The position numbers and the translations under genes are program-made. This document shows, piece by piece, positions 11,200 through 22,828 of a stretch of DNA of 64,000 bases. The notes beneath the pieces are model-generated. The model was not told the DNA's origin, made no database searches, and was given only the letters and a program-made list of their open reading frames with translations. Numbering within the stretch: the first letter of the stretch is position 1; every line of letters begins with the position of its first letter. Source of the DNA: an uncultured delta proteobacterium (GTDB taxonomy: Bacteria > Myxococcota_A > UBA9160 > SZUA-336); NCBI GenBank assembly GCA_963704165.1, contig CAVPHD010000012.1, forward strand, positions 32,001 to 96,000, read 5' to 3'.

Positions 11200-12471
11200 C
11201 TAGACGGCGGCAGCGGTCTCGCGCGCGAGCGTCACGTCCGAATCCCAGCCGACGCGGCGCGGATACGCCTGCGCGGAGTTGCAGAGCAGCACGCGCGTGT
11301 TCGGAATCCGCGTGGGCAGACGCCTCGAGAGCTGGCCGAGCAGCGTGATCGGCTCCGCGTGCCTGTCTCGGGTCACGTATACGCCGTCGATCGCGGCCGT
11401 ATCGAACTTCGGGAACCAGCGCGTGATCGTATTCACCGCCTGTTTGCCGAGCACGTCTTCGGGCAGATTGAACGAATCCGTGTGCGGACCGCAGTCCCCT
11501 CGGACGTAGATCAGGTGCCAACCCTCGATCGACTCACTCGACGCGACGTGGGTGGCCTCGACCACCAACTGGAACGGGGTCGTGTTTCCGATCAGCGCGG
11601 TCTGATAGTGCGGACCGAGCCTGCGCCGCGACACGATCAGAGCCGTCACCCGGCCCTGGTACGGAACGTCCAGGTTCGGCAGCTCGCGTGCCAGGCGCGG
11701 GCGCGCGAGCTTGGCGAGCTCGCCCGGTGCCAGGGTCGAGATCACGCTGTCGAAGCGCTCCTCGGTGCCGTGAAGCTCGATGCTCGCGTGCGTCTCCGAG
11801 GTCTCGACCGCGCTCACGAAAGCGTGCAGCCGCACCTCTCCGCCGCGCTTTTCGATCGATCGGCGCAGCCGTTCCGCGAACCAGATTCCACCACCGCGCA
11901 GGTAGCCGAAGAGCTCGCGCCGGCCGGTTTGGTAGGCATTGAGCTGGCGCCAGGCCCAGTACGCGGGGACTTCGTCCACGTACTCGCCGAATCGGCTCTC
12001 CAGGAACGGGCGCCAGGACGACTCGTAGACACGGCGTCCGAAGATCCGCGGCAGCCATTCGGAGACCGACACGGTGTCCAGGTGCAGCGCGTAGCGTTTC
12101 AGCTTCGTCGCGTACGCGAGGCCCGCCGCAGCGCGCAAGCCATCCACCGGGCTGAGGCCGAGGCAGCGAAGGAGATCCCGGGTAGTGGACACCGGGTAGT
12201 GTCGACCCTCGATCGCCACGGCCGAGCGCGTCGGCTGCCACGAAACGCGGCCAAGGCCGCCGAGCTCACCGAGCAGTCCACACAATGCGGTGTCGGTGTT
12301 CCGGAGGGCGTGCGAGCTGCCGTCGAGACGCAATCCCGAATGTTCGATCGGCGTGCCGCGCGGGCCGATCCAGCCGGATGCCTCGAGCACGACCGGAATG
12401 TGCCCCGCCTTGGCCAGGTAGTGCGCACACGCCAGTCCGGCGATGCCACCGCCGAGAATCGCGATCCTCAT
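11200..12471 (-). CDS. FAD-dependent oxidoreductase (protoporphyrinogen oxidase/amine oxidase-like)
   Basis: MRIAILGGGIAGLACAHYLAKAG...VVLEA dinucleotide-binding start, FGYLRGG, FDSVISTLAP. Confidence 0.82.
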   Translation of the reverse strand: MRIAILGGGIAGLACAHYLAKAGHIPVVLEASGWIGPRGTPIEHSGLRLDGSSHALRNTDTALCGLLGELGGLGRVSWQPTRSAVAIEGRHYPVSTTRDLLRCLGLSPVDGLRAAAGLAYATKLKRYALHLDTVSVSEWLPRIFGRRVYESSWRPFLESRFGEYVDEVPAYWAWRQLNAYQTGRRELFGYLRGGGIWFAERLRRSIEKRGGEVRLHAFVSAVETSETHASIELHGTEERFDSVISTLAPGELAKLARPRLARELPNLDVPYQGRVTALIVSRRRLGPHYQTALIGNTTPFQLVVEATHVASSESIEGWHLIYVRGDCGPHTDSFNLPEDVLGKQAVNTITRWFPKFDTAAIDGVYVTRDRHAEPITLLGQLSRRLPTRIPNTRVLLCNSAQAYPRRVGWDSDVTLARETAAAV

Positions 12472-12543
12472 CCGACTACTCCCGCTCGCCCCGAAACGCG
12501 ACCGGCGATCCGCTCCAATCGCCCGTCCAGCGCACTCGGCTCT

Positions 12544-12559
12544 CGCAAGCGAGATGCCA
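12544..12559 (-). promoter_or_regulatory. sigma54 (-24/-12) promoter
   Basis: Minus strand TGGCAT-CTCGC-TTGCG, about 70 nt upstream of ATG 12471, with a long upstream intergenic region. Confidence 0.7.
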
Positions 12560-12931
12560 GCTCGATCGATCGCATGGGGGGGTGAGTGACGAGACGGCCA
12601 CCGCGTCGCTGGGTGTCCAACATCCACAGGCAGAAACGGACTCAATGAAGCCAGTCTCTTGGCGAATCATACACGAACAGACGCGAACGTTGGGACAAAT
12701 TCCTGGCGGGGCTCCCGAAGATACGAGCCCGCTTCTGACACACGTCGCGCGGATCGAGTGTGCCGTGGGTTCGCTTAGTGGGAGCGCACTTCCCAGTTCC
12801 AGGCGGGGAAGCGATCGTCGTGCGCAACCGACACGAGAAGTGATTGGAATCGCTTTGCTTGTTCGCTCCGGTGCCGGGCAGATGAGACGCGCGGTCGGAG
12901 GAGCGCGTAGACTCCGACGAGGAGGATACGC

Positions 12932-13843
12932 ATGGCATCCGTCGCACTTCCGGCCGTGAGCCTCGCCGCCGTTCCGGGTCGTCGCCGCGCGACGCTCGAG
13001 CTCGCGCGAGAGATCGAACGCCGCGGTTTCGCCGGGATCTACTGCCCGAGCTTCGGGGATGGCCTCGGTCTCTGCGAAGCGCTCGCATTCGCGACCGAGC
13101 GAATTCCGTTTGGCACGAGCATCGCCAACATCTACGTGCGACACGTCGCGGACTACGCGCAGACGGCCTCACTGATCCACGAGCTCTCCGGCGGGCGATT
13201 TCGTTTCGGCGTCGGCGTCTCGCACGGACCGGCTCTCGACCGTCTGGGCGTGAAGGCGGGGCCACCGCTGGGCGACATGCGCGCGTTCGTCTCATCGCTG
13301 CATGCGAACCCACGCCTCGGAGAGCAGCCACCGGTGGTGCTCGCGACGCTGCGCAAACGGATGATCGGGCTGGCCGCCGAGGTCGCGCAGGGGATGGTCT
13401 TCGCGAACGGCGCGCGCTCGCACATGCGCGAATCTCTCGAAGCGCTGCCGGCGTCCCGCGCGAACGACCCCGCGTTCTTCATCGGCAACATGATTCCGAC
13501 CTGCATCTCCGACGACGTCGCGGCCGCGGCGGCGACGAACCGACGCACGCTGATCGGCTACGTCTCGATGCCGAACTACCGCAACTACTGGCGCGAAGCC
13601 GGCTACGTCGAAGAGATGAACGCGATCGAGGCGGCGGTGACGGCGAAGGACTTCGAGCGCGTCCCGGCGCTGATGACCGACCGCTGGCTCGCGGACGTCA
13701 CCCTCTTCGGCCCCGCCTCGCGCGTTCGCGAGGGCCTCGAGGCATGGTACGACGCGGGTATCCGCACGCCGATCCTGGTGCCCTCCTCGGCGGCCGGCAA
13801 TCAGATGAAGGCGTTCGAAGAGCTCTTCGCCTGCATGTCGTAG
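12932..13843 (+). CDS. LLM class flavin-dependent oxidoreductase
   Basis: TERIPFGTSIANIY, ELSGGRFRFGVGVSH; strong SD GAGGAGG. Confidence 0.88.
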   Translation: MASVALPAVSLAAVPGRRRATLELAREIERRGFAGIYCPSFGDGLGLCEALAFATERIPFGTSIANIYVRHVADYAQTASLIHELSGGRFRFGVGVSHGPALDRLGVKAGPPLGDMRAFVSSLHANPRLGEQPPVVLATLRKRMIGLAAEVAQGMVFANGARSHMRESLEALPASRANDPAFFIGNMIPTCISDDVAAAAATNRRTLIGYVSMPNYRNYWREAGYVEEMNAIEAAVTAKDFERVPALMTDRWLADVTLFGPASRVREGLEAWYDAGIRTPILVPSSAAGNQMKAFEELFACMS

Positions 13844-13850
13844 CGGGGCG

Positions 13851-15281
13851 CTAACGGCCTCGGCGCTGGATGCTCTGGGTGGACAGGTAGTCGCGCGACT
13901 CCTCGGCGTCGGGAGGATCGCTGCGCAGCGCGTACGACTCGCGCAGCCAACCACCGCCCTGCCCGGCGATCGAGAAGCTCTGTGCGACCGGGAGCATGAC
14001 GCCAAAGCCCGTCCCGCTGCCCGCCCACTTCGGATCGACCAGATCGTCGGCGCTGAAACGCCCGGTGAAGATGCCGACCTCGTAGATGCCGCCGCTCCCC
14101 CGTCGAGAGATCCAATACAGCGGCTGGAGCGTCAGCCCGTCGATCCAGAGCGCGATCGTACGGACGGCGCCTTCCTTGTCCCGGCGCTCGCCGGCGAGCA
14201 CGAGCGCGCGGCGCAGCTCCCAGCGATCGGAGGCGAGCGAGAGCCCGCTCGGGCCGTAGTTCCGATCGGCATCGCTCGGATAGCCGCGTGCGTTCCCGTT
14301 CACGGGCGCGAGCACGTCTCGCACGCCGTCGAGCTTCCAGGTGTACGCGTTCGGGCGGATCAGGAGCCCGACGAATCCGCGCCGGATCGGCTCGGCCGCG
14401 GTCATCGCGGGATTGCCGACGTCGGACATCTGGTCGCTCAGCGTCATGCCGATGTTGTCGAGCGAACGGCCGCGCGTGTAGCTCGGCAGATACACACCCT
14501 CGTTCTGCTGCGGCGGGGCACGGCGCACCTTGCGCTGGCCGGGGAGGTAGACGAAGACGTCGTCGGCCTGCTGGTAGTTCGTCTCGACGGCGGTCTTCTG
14601 GAACTGGCGCCACGCGAGTCCGCGCGCGCTCTCCGGTGCCGTGAACGCACCGCCGGCGGCGAAGCGCTCGTCGCGGCCGGCACCCATCCCATCGGGCACA
14701 CCGTGCAGCGGCATCAGGAAGATGCTGCCGGTGAATTCGCTCACTCCGCGGCCGCCGCCCGTGATCTCCGAGACCCGGAACCCGCCGCGAAATCCCGAGC
14801 CCATGTACCGGTAGCGGTAGTTCCAGGCCCAGCGCGCACCCGCGTCAGGTGCGTCATCGGCGATACTCTCGGGCGCGAACGGCAGGCCCGTGCCGACGTA
14901 GCCCGAGAGATTTCCTTCGGGATCGAGGGAGGCCTTGCCCGAATTCGCGGCCGTCGCCCCGGTGAAGTACCCCGGTGCGGGGTAGCGCCGATAGCACGGA
15001 CCCACCTCGAGCTTCATGCCCTCGAAGAAGAAGACGTCGCGGCGCTCCCAGACTTCGTCCGGCAGCCAACCGCGAAGTCGCTCGATGTTCTCGATCTCGA
15101 CGAGATCCCCCGGCCGCCACACGGGCGGGATGACGTCCTCTGCGCCCGGTCCGGAGTCCGGTCCCTGCTGGATCGCGCGCGCTGCGCATGCGCCCTCGGG
15201 CGGAACCTCGAAGGCCCTGGCCACCGGAGCGATCGCGAAGGCGGCGGTCAGGATCGCGAGTGCGGCGGTGTTTCGAATCAT
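13851..15281 (-). CDS. DUF1329-like exported protein
   Basis: Signal peptide MIRNTAALAILTAAFAIAPVARA; GLPF...DAGARWAWNY, DDVFVYLPGQRKVRR, YTWKLDG. Confidence 0.75.
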   Translation of the reverse strand: MIRNTAALAILTAAFAIAPVARAFEVPPEGACAARAIQQGPDSGPGAEDVIPPVWRPGDLVEIENIERLRGWLPDEVWERRDVFFFEGMKLEVGPCYRRYPAPGYFTGATAANSGKASLDPEGNLSGYVGTGLPFAPESIADDAPDAGARWAWNYRYRYMGSGFRGGFRVSEITGGGRGVSEFTGSIFLMPLHGVPDGMGAGRDERFAAGGAFTAPESARGLAWRQFQKTAVETNYQQADDVFVYLPGQRKVRRAPPQQNEGVYLPSYTRGRSLDNIGMTLSDQMSDVGNPAMTAAEPIRRGFVGLLIRPNAYTWKLDGVRDVLAPVNGNARGYPSDADRNYGPSGLSLASDRWELRRALVLAGERRDKEGAVRTIALWIDGLTLQPLYWISRRGSGGIYEVGIFTGRFSADDLVDPKWAGSGTGFGVMLPVAQSFSIAGQGGGWLRESYALRSDPPDAEESRDYLSTQSIQRRGR

Positions 15282-15344
15282 CGGCCGGCAGGGTATCGGA
15301 TCGTCGGGCGATCTCACGCTAGCTTCGGACGAGAGGGAGCCTCC

Positions 15345-15581
15345 ATGCCTTCGACCGAGATCGCGCGCGCACTCGAAACCGGTCAGCCCGTGCGCCTGCA
15401 CGCGGGTGACGGCGAGGTGATCGTCGCGCGAATCCTGTCGTACGACGAGGACGAGATCTGCTTTCTGGTGGTCACGTCGTCGCGGCCGGAGCGCTACGCC
15501 GTCTGTGACTCGACGGGCTTTCGGCGTCGCTGGGAGGAGATCGAGCGCGCGGTGCTCGTCTCAGCTCGCAAGAAGCGCTAG
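15345..15581 (+). CDS. Small hypothetical protein (78 aa), possibly Sm/LSm-like fold
   Basis: SD GAGGGAG before ATG; MPSTEIARALETGQPVRLHAGDGEVIVARILSYDEDEICF. Confidence 0.65.
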   Translation: MPSTEIARALETGQPVRLHAGDGEVIVARILSYDEDEICFLVVTSSRPERYAVCDSTGFRRRWEEIERAVLVSARKKR

Positions 15582-16328
15582 CGCCTCGGCGTGCAAGAGG
15601 CCGTTCGTCGTCACGAGACTGCCGCCGTAGATCGACCGTTCGCCGTTCTGCGTCGTCGCCCTTCCGCCCGCCTCCTCGACCAGGACCTGGAGCGCGGCGA
15701 TGTCCCAGGGCTGTACGATCGGATCGACGGCGATCTCGCCCGATCCCGCGGCCACGAGGCAATGCTGCCAGAAGTCACCGAAACCGCGCTGGCGGTGCGT
15801 CGCTTTCGCGAGCTGGTGCAGCCCGGGCGGCGTGCGGCCGCCCTCGTATCCGCCGAGGCTGCCGTGGAAGAGCTGTGCGTGCTCGAGCTGGCGGACGGCC
15901 GACACCTGCAGGCGTCGCTCGCCCTGAAAGGCACCGTGGCCCCGAGAAGCGTGCCAGCGCGTTCCAAGCTCCGGCGCGCTCACGAGGCCGGCCACGACTT
16001 CGGCCTCGATCTCGATCGCGAGCAGCGTCGCGAAGACCGGAATGCCGCGCACGAAGTTCGCGGTCGCGTCGATCGGGTCGATGATCAGGCGCGCGCTCGA
16101 CCGGCCGATCTGCTCGCCCTGCTCTTCGCCGAAAACGCCGAGGTCGGGGTGCCGCTCCGCCACGAGCTTGCGCGCGGCGCTCTCGATCTCGCGGTCGGCC
16201 TCGGTGACCAGGCTGCGGTCGGGCTTCTGCTCGACTCGCAGATCGACGCGGCGGAACAGCCGTCGTGCGATCTCGTCGGAGCGGTCTGCGATCTCTCCCA
16301 GCAGCGGGAGCCAGTCGGAAGTCGGCAC
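15561..16328 (-). CDS. hisN: Histidinol-phosphatase, inositol monophosphatase family
   Basis: KPDRSLVTEADREIE, GEE, IIDPIDATANFVRGIPVFATL, RGFGDFW, WDIAAL. Confidence 0.85.
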   Translation of the reverse strand: MPTSDWLPLLGEIADRSDEIARRLFRRVDLRVEQKPDRSLVTEADREIESAARKLVAERHPDLGVFGEEQGEQIGRSSARLIIDPIDATANFVRGIPVFATLLAIEIEAEVVAGLVSAPELGTRWHASRGHGAFQGERRLQVSAVRQLEHAQLFHGSLGGYEGGRTPPGLHQLAKATHRQRGFGDFWQHCLVAAGSGEIAVDPIVQPWDIAALQVLVEEAGGRATTQNGERSIYGGSLVTTNGLLHAEALALLAS

Positions 16329-16360
16329 GAACCGAAGACTAGCAGCAGAGCCGGCGCAGC

Positions 16361-16969
16361 TCAGGCCGAGTCGGCCCCGCGCACGCGGTCGAGCGCACTC
16401 GTCAGCGCTTCGAGCACGCTCGCCGCGCTCGTCGTCGGCGACAGCGGCACGGCGATCGCGACCATTGCGATCGAGGGGCGGACTCGCTCCGGGCCGAGCG
16501 AGATCTCGTGCGCCTCGAGCAACGTGTGCAGTCGCTCCGAGACCGGGGAAAGCAGGGCCTCTTCGCAGCCGGGAAGAACCGCCGCGATCTGTGCCTCGCC
16601 GAGTCGCCCGACGTCGTCGCTGCCGCGGACGCGGCGGCGAAGCTCGGCAGCGAGGTCCGCGACCGCACGCTCGCAGGCCTGCGCGCCCGCGACGTCCTGG
16701 AGCGACTTCCAGCTCTCGAGCTCGAAGGCCACGAGCCCGATCTCACCGCGGCGCTGTTGCGCGCGCGTCATGAAGGCGCCGAGCAGACGTTCGAGCGACG
16801 AACGCACCAGGAGCGGCGAGTCCGCCTCGCGCTCGAGCTGCGAAGCGAGGAGTCGGCGCAAGTCGTCGAAGGCGCCGCGCGAATCGCCGTCGGAGTCCGG
16901 ATCTTCGGCGATGCGCGATCCCTGCGGCCCACTCGGCCGATTTCCGACGATCCGTTGCCAAGGCTTCAC
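16361..16969 (-). CDS. Degenerate GGDEF-domain protein with intact RxxD I-site
   Basis: GLVAFELESWKSLQDVAGAQACE...RRRVRGSDDVGRLGEAQIAAVLP; start codon uncertain. Confidence 0.75.
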   Translation of the reverse strand: MKPWQRIVGNRPSGPQGSRIAEDPDSDGDSRGAFDDLRRLLASQLEREADSPLLVRSSLERLLGAFMTRAQQRRGEIGLVAFELESWKSLQDVAGAQACERAVADLAAELRRRVRGSDDVGRLGEAQIAAVLPGCEEALLSPVSERLHTLLEAHEISLGPERVRPSIAMVAIAVPLSPTTSAASVLEALTSALDRVRGADSA

Positions 16970-16977
16970 ACTAGACG

Positions 16978-17005
16978 CGATCGGACGCGCCTCGCCGAGA
17001 ATTGA
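16978..17005 (-). promoter_or_regulatory. sigma28-like promoter
   Basis: Minus strand TCAA-N16-TCCGATCG immediately upstream of the degenerate GGDEF gene. Confidence 0.4.
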
Positions 17006-17104
17006 GTGCAGCGCTTGCCGGGAGCCCTGCCGAGGCGCTAAACCACGCCGGGGTGCCCGCGCGACGCGCGCATCTGCGAGCCATCGGGTCCATAGGAGAG
17101 CGCA

Positions 17105-19107
<2,003 letters not shown>

Positions 19108-19111
<4 letters not shown>

Positions 19112-20361
19112 CCCTGGCGCGCGCGCCGCTCGGTCTGGCGCGAGCACTCGGGCTCGTGCTCCTCGCCGGTTGCGCGACGTTCTCGCCCTCGCTCGACGAG
19201 GTCTACCGCGACCGCGAGGTCGTCGGCCGGGAGTCCGGACTCGAACCGGTGACGCTGCTCGCGATCGGCGACATCGGCGAGCCCCACGGCCGCGACCCGC
19301 GCCTGCACGCGTCGATGTCGCGGCGCCTCGAGAACTCCGCCGGCGCGCCGATCCTGGTGCTCGGCGACGTGTTCTACAGCCACGGCCTGCTCGGGTTCTG
19401 TCGCGGGAAGAAGGGGCGGGTCTCGAGGCTCGACTGCGAGCGACCGGGACCGGTCGATCGGCAACTCGACGCAATCTTGGGTCCATACGCGCGCAAGCTC
19501 ACGGGCCATCCCGTGATCGCGCTTGCCGGAAACCACGACCACTACGGGGACCCTCTCTCGACGGAGAACGCGTGCGCGAAGATCCCACCGCTCGGAGCGG
19601 GGTGGCGTTACGTCGCGCGTGGCTGCGAGATCGGGGACTCCCGGCCGATCGCCGTGCTCGACGCCGGATCGGTGATCGTGGTGATGGCCGACTCGCAGGA
19701 GATGATTCGCGACGGCGACTTCCGCGAGCGCTCGAACGCCGCGCTCCACACGGAACTGGCAAGACTGCGGCAAGAGCGGCCGGAAGCGTGGATCGCGCTC
19801 GCGCTGCACCACCCGCTCGAGAGCTACGGGCTGCACAACGGCGCGGAGCTCGCCACCGCATTTCACAAGGACACCTACGCGCTCCTCGCGCCGATCACGC
19901 TGCCGCTCGAGTGGGCGTTGAACGGCAACGGCCAGCAGGTCTACGGAGTCGGCAACCGCGGATTCCGTCGCGGCGTGTACGGCGCGCTCGAGGACGCCCC
20001 CGTGGACGTGGTCCTCTCCGGCCACGACCACAGCCTGCAGCTGATCGAGCTCGATCATCCGGGCGCCCGCTGGCAGATCGTTTCGGGCTCCGGCGCCAAG
20101 CACTCGCGCGTGAAGCGCTTCGGGCTCGACTTCCTGTGGATGAACCGTCTCGCGCGCTTGGTCGGACTGCGCGACGCGCTTCCGTCCGTCGGGCACCGGC
20201 TGGTCTTCGCCGCGGGCGAGGGCGACGACAAGAAGCGCGCGGGCTACGGCTACGCGGTGCTCGTCGCCTCGCCCGAGGTCCTGCGCGTCGAGTTCTGGGA
20301 TCTCGCGGTGTCTACACCGATCGGCGTCGCCGAGCTCCGGCGTCCGCCGCCCGGGCGCTGA
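19108..20361 (+). CDS. Calcineurin-like metallophosphoesterase, probable lipoprotein
   Basis: Lipobox LLAGC; AIGDIG, LGDVFY, AGNHD, HHP, SGHDH motifs; start assigned to CTG in a CTGA overlap with SD GGGAGG. Confidence 0.82.
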
Positions 20362-20376
20362 TCCGCCCGAGCCGCG

Positions 20377-20622
20377 TCAGGCGCGGCGTTCGAGCTTCGC
20401 CGAGTCGTCGTAGAGCTTTCGCACCGCCACCTGACCGGGCTTGCCGACGGCCAGGCAGAGCTCGCAGAGCGTGCACTCGTCGAGGTTCTTCTCGACCACG
20501 GAGAGCGCGCCCTCGGCCCCGACCGCGAAGATGTCGACGGGACAGACTTCGGCGAGCTTACGTGCGGCAGCCGGGTCGCGCGCGAGCGCGGGATCCACTT
20601 CGACCGAGATGAAGAGCGCCAT
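20377..20622 (-). CDS. Small ferredoxin-like protein
   Basis: EVCPVDIF...DECTLCELC; SD GGGAGGTG. Confidence 0.85.
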   Translation of the reverse strand: MALFISVEVDPALARDPAAARKLAEVCPVDIFAVGAEGALSVVEKNLDECTLCELCLAVGKPGQVAVRKLYDDSAKLERRA

Positions 20623-20627
20623 CGGAC

Positions 20628-21527
20628 TCACCTCCCCAGCTTTTTCTTGACCAGCGCCGGGATGTCTTCGATGCGCTCCGCGACGCCGATGCCCGCCGCT
20701 CGCATGCGCTCGATCTTCTCCGCCGTCGTGTCGGCCTTGCCCTCGACGATGGTGCCCGCGTGGCCGAAGCGCATGCCGGGCATCGCGTCCATGAACCGAC
20801 CCGCCATGAAGGCGACGACGGGCAGCCGCGAGCGGTTGTCCGTCACCCAACGCGCGAGGTCGGCCTCCATGCGGCCGCCCGGCTCGGAGTAGATCGCGAT
20901 CGCTTCGGTCTCGGGGTCGGCCTCGAAGAGCGGCATCAGCTCGGCGTAGCTCGAGCCGATGATCGCGTCGCCGCCGATCGAGACCGCGGTGGACTGACCG
21001 AGTCCCGCGGCCGAGAGGGTGTTGCAGATCTCCGTCGTCATACCGCCCGAGCGCGACATCACGCCGACGTGTCCCTTGGTGAAGGCCTTGCGCGCATCGA
21101 CGGCGCGCCCGCCGAGACCGCCGATCTTCGCCTCGCCCGGCGAGAGCACGCCGAGACAGTTCGGGCCGATGATCCGGGCGCCGCGAAGCTCCGCCAGCTC
21201 GACCATCTGCGCGACCTCGAATCGCGGGATGTTCTCGGTCACGATCACGAGCAGCTTCACGCCCGCCTCGATCGCCTCGAACGCCGCGTCGCGCGCGAAG
21301 GCGGGCGGAACCGAGATCACCGACGCATCGACCCGCGTCTTCTTCGCGACCTGCTCGACGGTGTCGTAGACCGGCACGCCGTGCACGTCGCGTCCGCCGC
21401 GACCCGGTGTGACTCCGCCGACGATCTTCGTTCCGTAGTCGAGACACTCGCGCGTCATCGAGACCGCTTCGCGCCCGGTGATTCCCTGGATGATGCAGGT
21501 CGTGTCGGCGGTGATGAGGATCGACAC
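20628..21527 (-). CDS. sucD: Succinyl-CoA synthetase alpha-like CoA ligase subunit
   Basis: IIQGITG, YGTKIVGGVTPG, RIIGPNCLG, SRSGG, SIGGD, MRFGHAG (phospho-His). Confidence 0.85.
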   Translation of the reverse strand: MSILITADTTCIIQGITGREAVSMTRECLDYGTKIVGGVTPGRGGRDVHGVPVYDTVEQVAKKTRVDASVISVPPAFARDAAFEAIEAGVKLLVIVTENIPRFEVAQMVELAELRGARIIGPNCLGVLSPGEAKIGGLGGRAVDARKAFTKGHVGVMSRSGGMTTEICNTLSAAGLGQSTAVSIGGDAIIGSSYAELMPLFEADPETEAIAIYSEPGGRMEADLARWVTDNRSRLPVVAFMAGRFMDAMPGMRFGHAGTIVEGKADTTAEKIERMRAAGIGVAERIEDIPALVKKKLGR

Positions 21528-21529
21528 GC

Positions 21530-22735
21530 TCAGGACCTCTTCATCTTGGCGACGGCGCGGCCCGCGGCCTCGTACATGGAGACGCTGCGGTCGCAGAACT
21601 CGACGCCGTACTTGCCGAGCAGCTTGAAGCCCTCCTGCTCCCAGGACCCGGGAATGCGGAAGATCGCGATCTTCTCCGCGGGATCGTGACCCGATTCGAC
21701 GACGCCCTTGATCACGCCGCGCGCCACCATGTCGACGCGCGTGTTCGATACCACGTTCATCATCACCGCGATCTTCTTCACGCCGGGTTTTCCGAGGATC
21801 AGCTTCGTCAGCGCCGCGACCTTGCCCACGCTCGGGTTTCCGCCGATCTCGCAGTAGTTCGCCGGATCGCCGCCGTGATTCCGCACGGCGTCGAAGAGCG
21901 TGAGCGAGCCACCGCCCGCGCCGATGATCAACCCGAGCGAGCCGCCGAACTCGGTCACGTTGCCGGCGACGCCGCGGTGGTCGGCGGCGTTGATCGCCGC
22001 GCCGTCGAGCTCGAACTTCGTCGGCGGTCGCGCCATTCGCGTCTCGTCGTCGCCGATCTCGAGCTCCTTCAGGAGCTTCCCGTGCTGCGAGCGGGCTTCC
22101 GCTTCCATGTCCACGTGGGCGTCGAGCGCGACGAAGCTCCCGTCCGCGAGCTTCGCGAGCGGATTGATCTCGGCGAGCGTCAGCCCGTACTGCATGAAGA
22201 TGCGGGCGAGCGGCGCGACGAAGCGCACGAGCGCGTTCACGTCCGAGCCCGTCGCGAGCTGCGCGACGAGCTGCTTCGCGCGGAACTCCGAGAACGGCAG
22301 GAGCGTCGAGAAGTGCTTCTTCGCGATGTGATCGGGGTGCTTCTCCGCGACCTCCTCGACGTCGATCCCACCCATGTCGGAGAGGATCATGACGGGGCGC
22401 TTGGCGATCCCGTCCCAGGTGACGCCGAGGTAGTACTCCTGCACGACGGGTTGGCGGCTCTCGACGAGCACGCCGCGCGGCTTGTGCCCGTTGATCTCGA
22501 GCCGGAGGATCTTCTCGGCGGCCTCCGCAGCCTGGTCGGCCGTCTCGGCGAAGAGCACGCCGCCGGCCTTCATCCGCCCACCCGAGAGCACCTGGCTCTT
22601 CAGCACCGTCGGGCCCGCGATCGCGGCCGCGATCCGACGCGCGTCGTCGGCCGACTTCGCGAGCTTCGAGCCCTTCGGCAATGCGACGCCATGGCGCGCC
22701 AGTAGCTGCTTCGATTCGTACTCGTAGAAGCGCAA
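21530..22735 (-). CDS. sucC: Succinyl-CoA synthetase beta-like ATP-grasp subunit (divergent)
   Basis: RFYEYESKQLL, KSQVLSGGRMKAGG, EINPL, GAGGGSL, PANYCEIGGNP; TTG start with SD GGGAGG. Confidence 0.8.
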   Translation of the reverse strand: MRFYEYESKQLLARHGVALPKGSKLAKSADDARRIAAAIAGPTVLKSQVLSGGRMKAGGVLFAETADQAAEAAEKILRLEINGHKPRGVLVESRQPVVQEYYLGVTWDGIAKRPVMILSDMGGIDVEEVAEKHPDHIAKKHFSTLLPFSEFRAKQLVAQLATGSDVNALVRFVAPLARIFMQYGLTLAEINPLAKLADGSFVALDAHVDMEAEARSQHGKLLKELEIGDDETRMARPPTKFELDGAAINAADHRGVAGNVTEFGGSLGLIIGAGGGSLTLFDAVRNHGGDPANYCEIGGNPSVGKVAALTKLILGKPGVKKIAVMMNVVSNTRVDMVARGVIKGVVESGHDPAEKIAIFRIPGSWEQEGFKLLGKYGVEFCDRSVSMYEAAGRAVAKMKRS

Positions 22736-22828
22736 CGGAGGTACCTCCCGCGGGGCGAACCTTTTTACTCCACGAGCGCCAAAGGGGCAATTCTCGGAAC
22801 GCCGATACGAAGCCAGAGGAGACAGGCC

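Noticed and set aside
12476..12670. Cys-containing small ORF on the minus strand (MIRQETG...)
   Set aside because: No SD, atypical codon usage, and it runs through the sigma54 promoter
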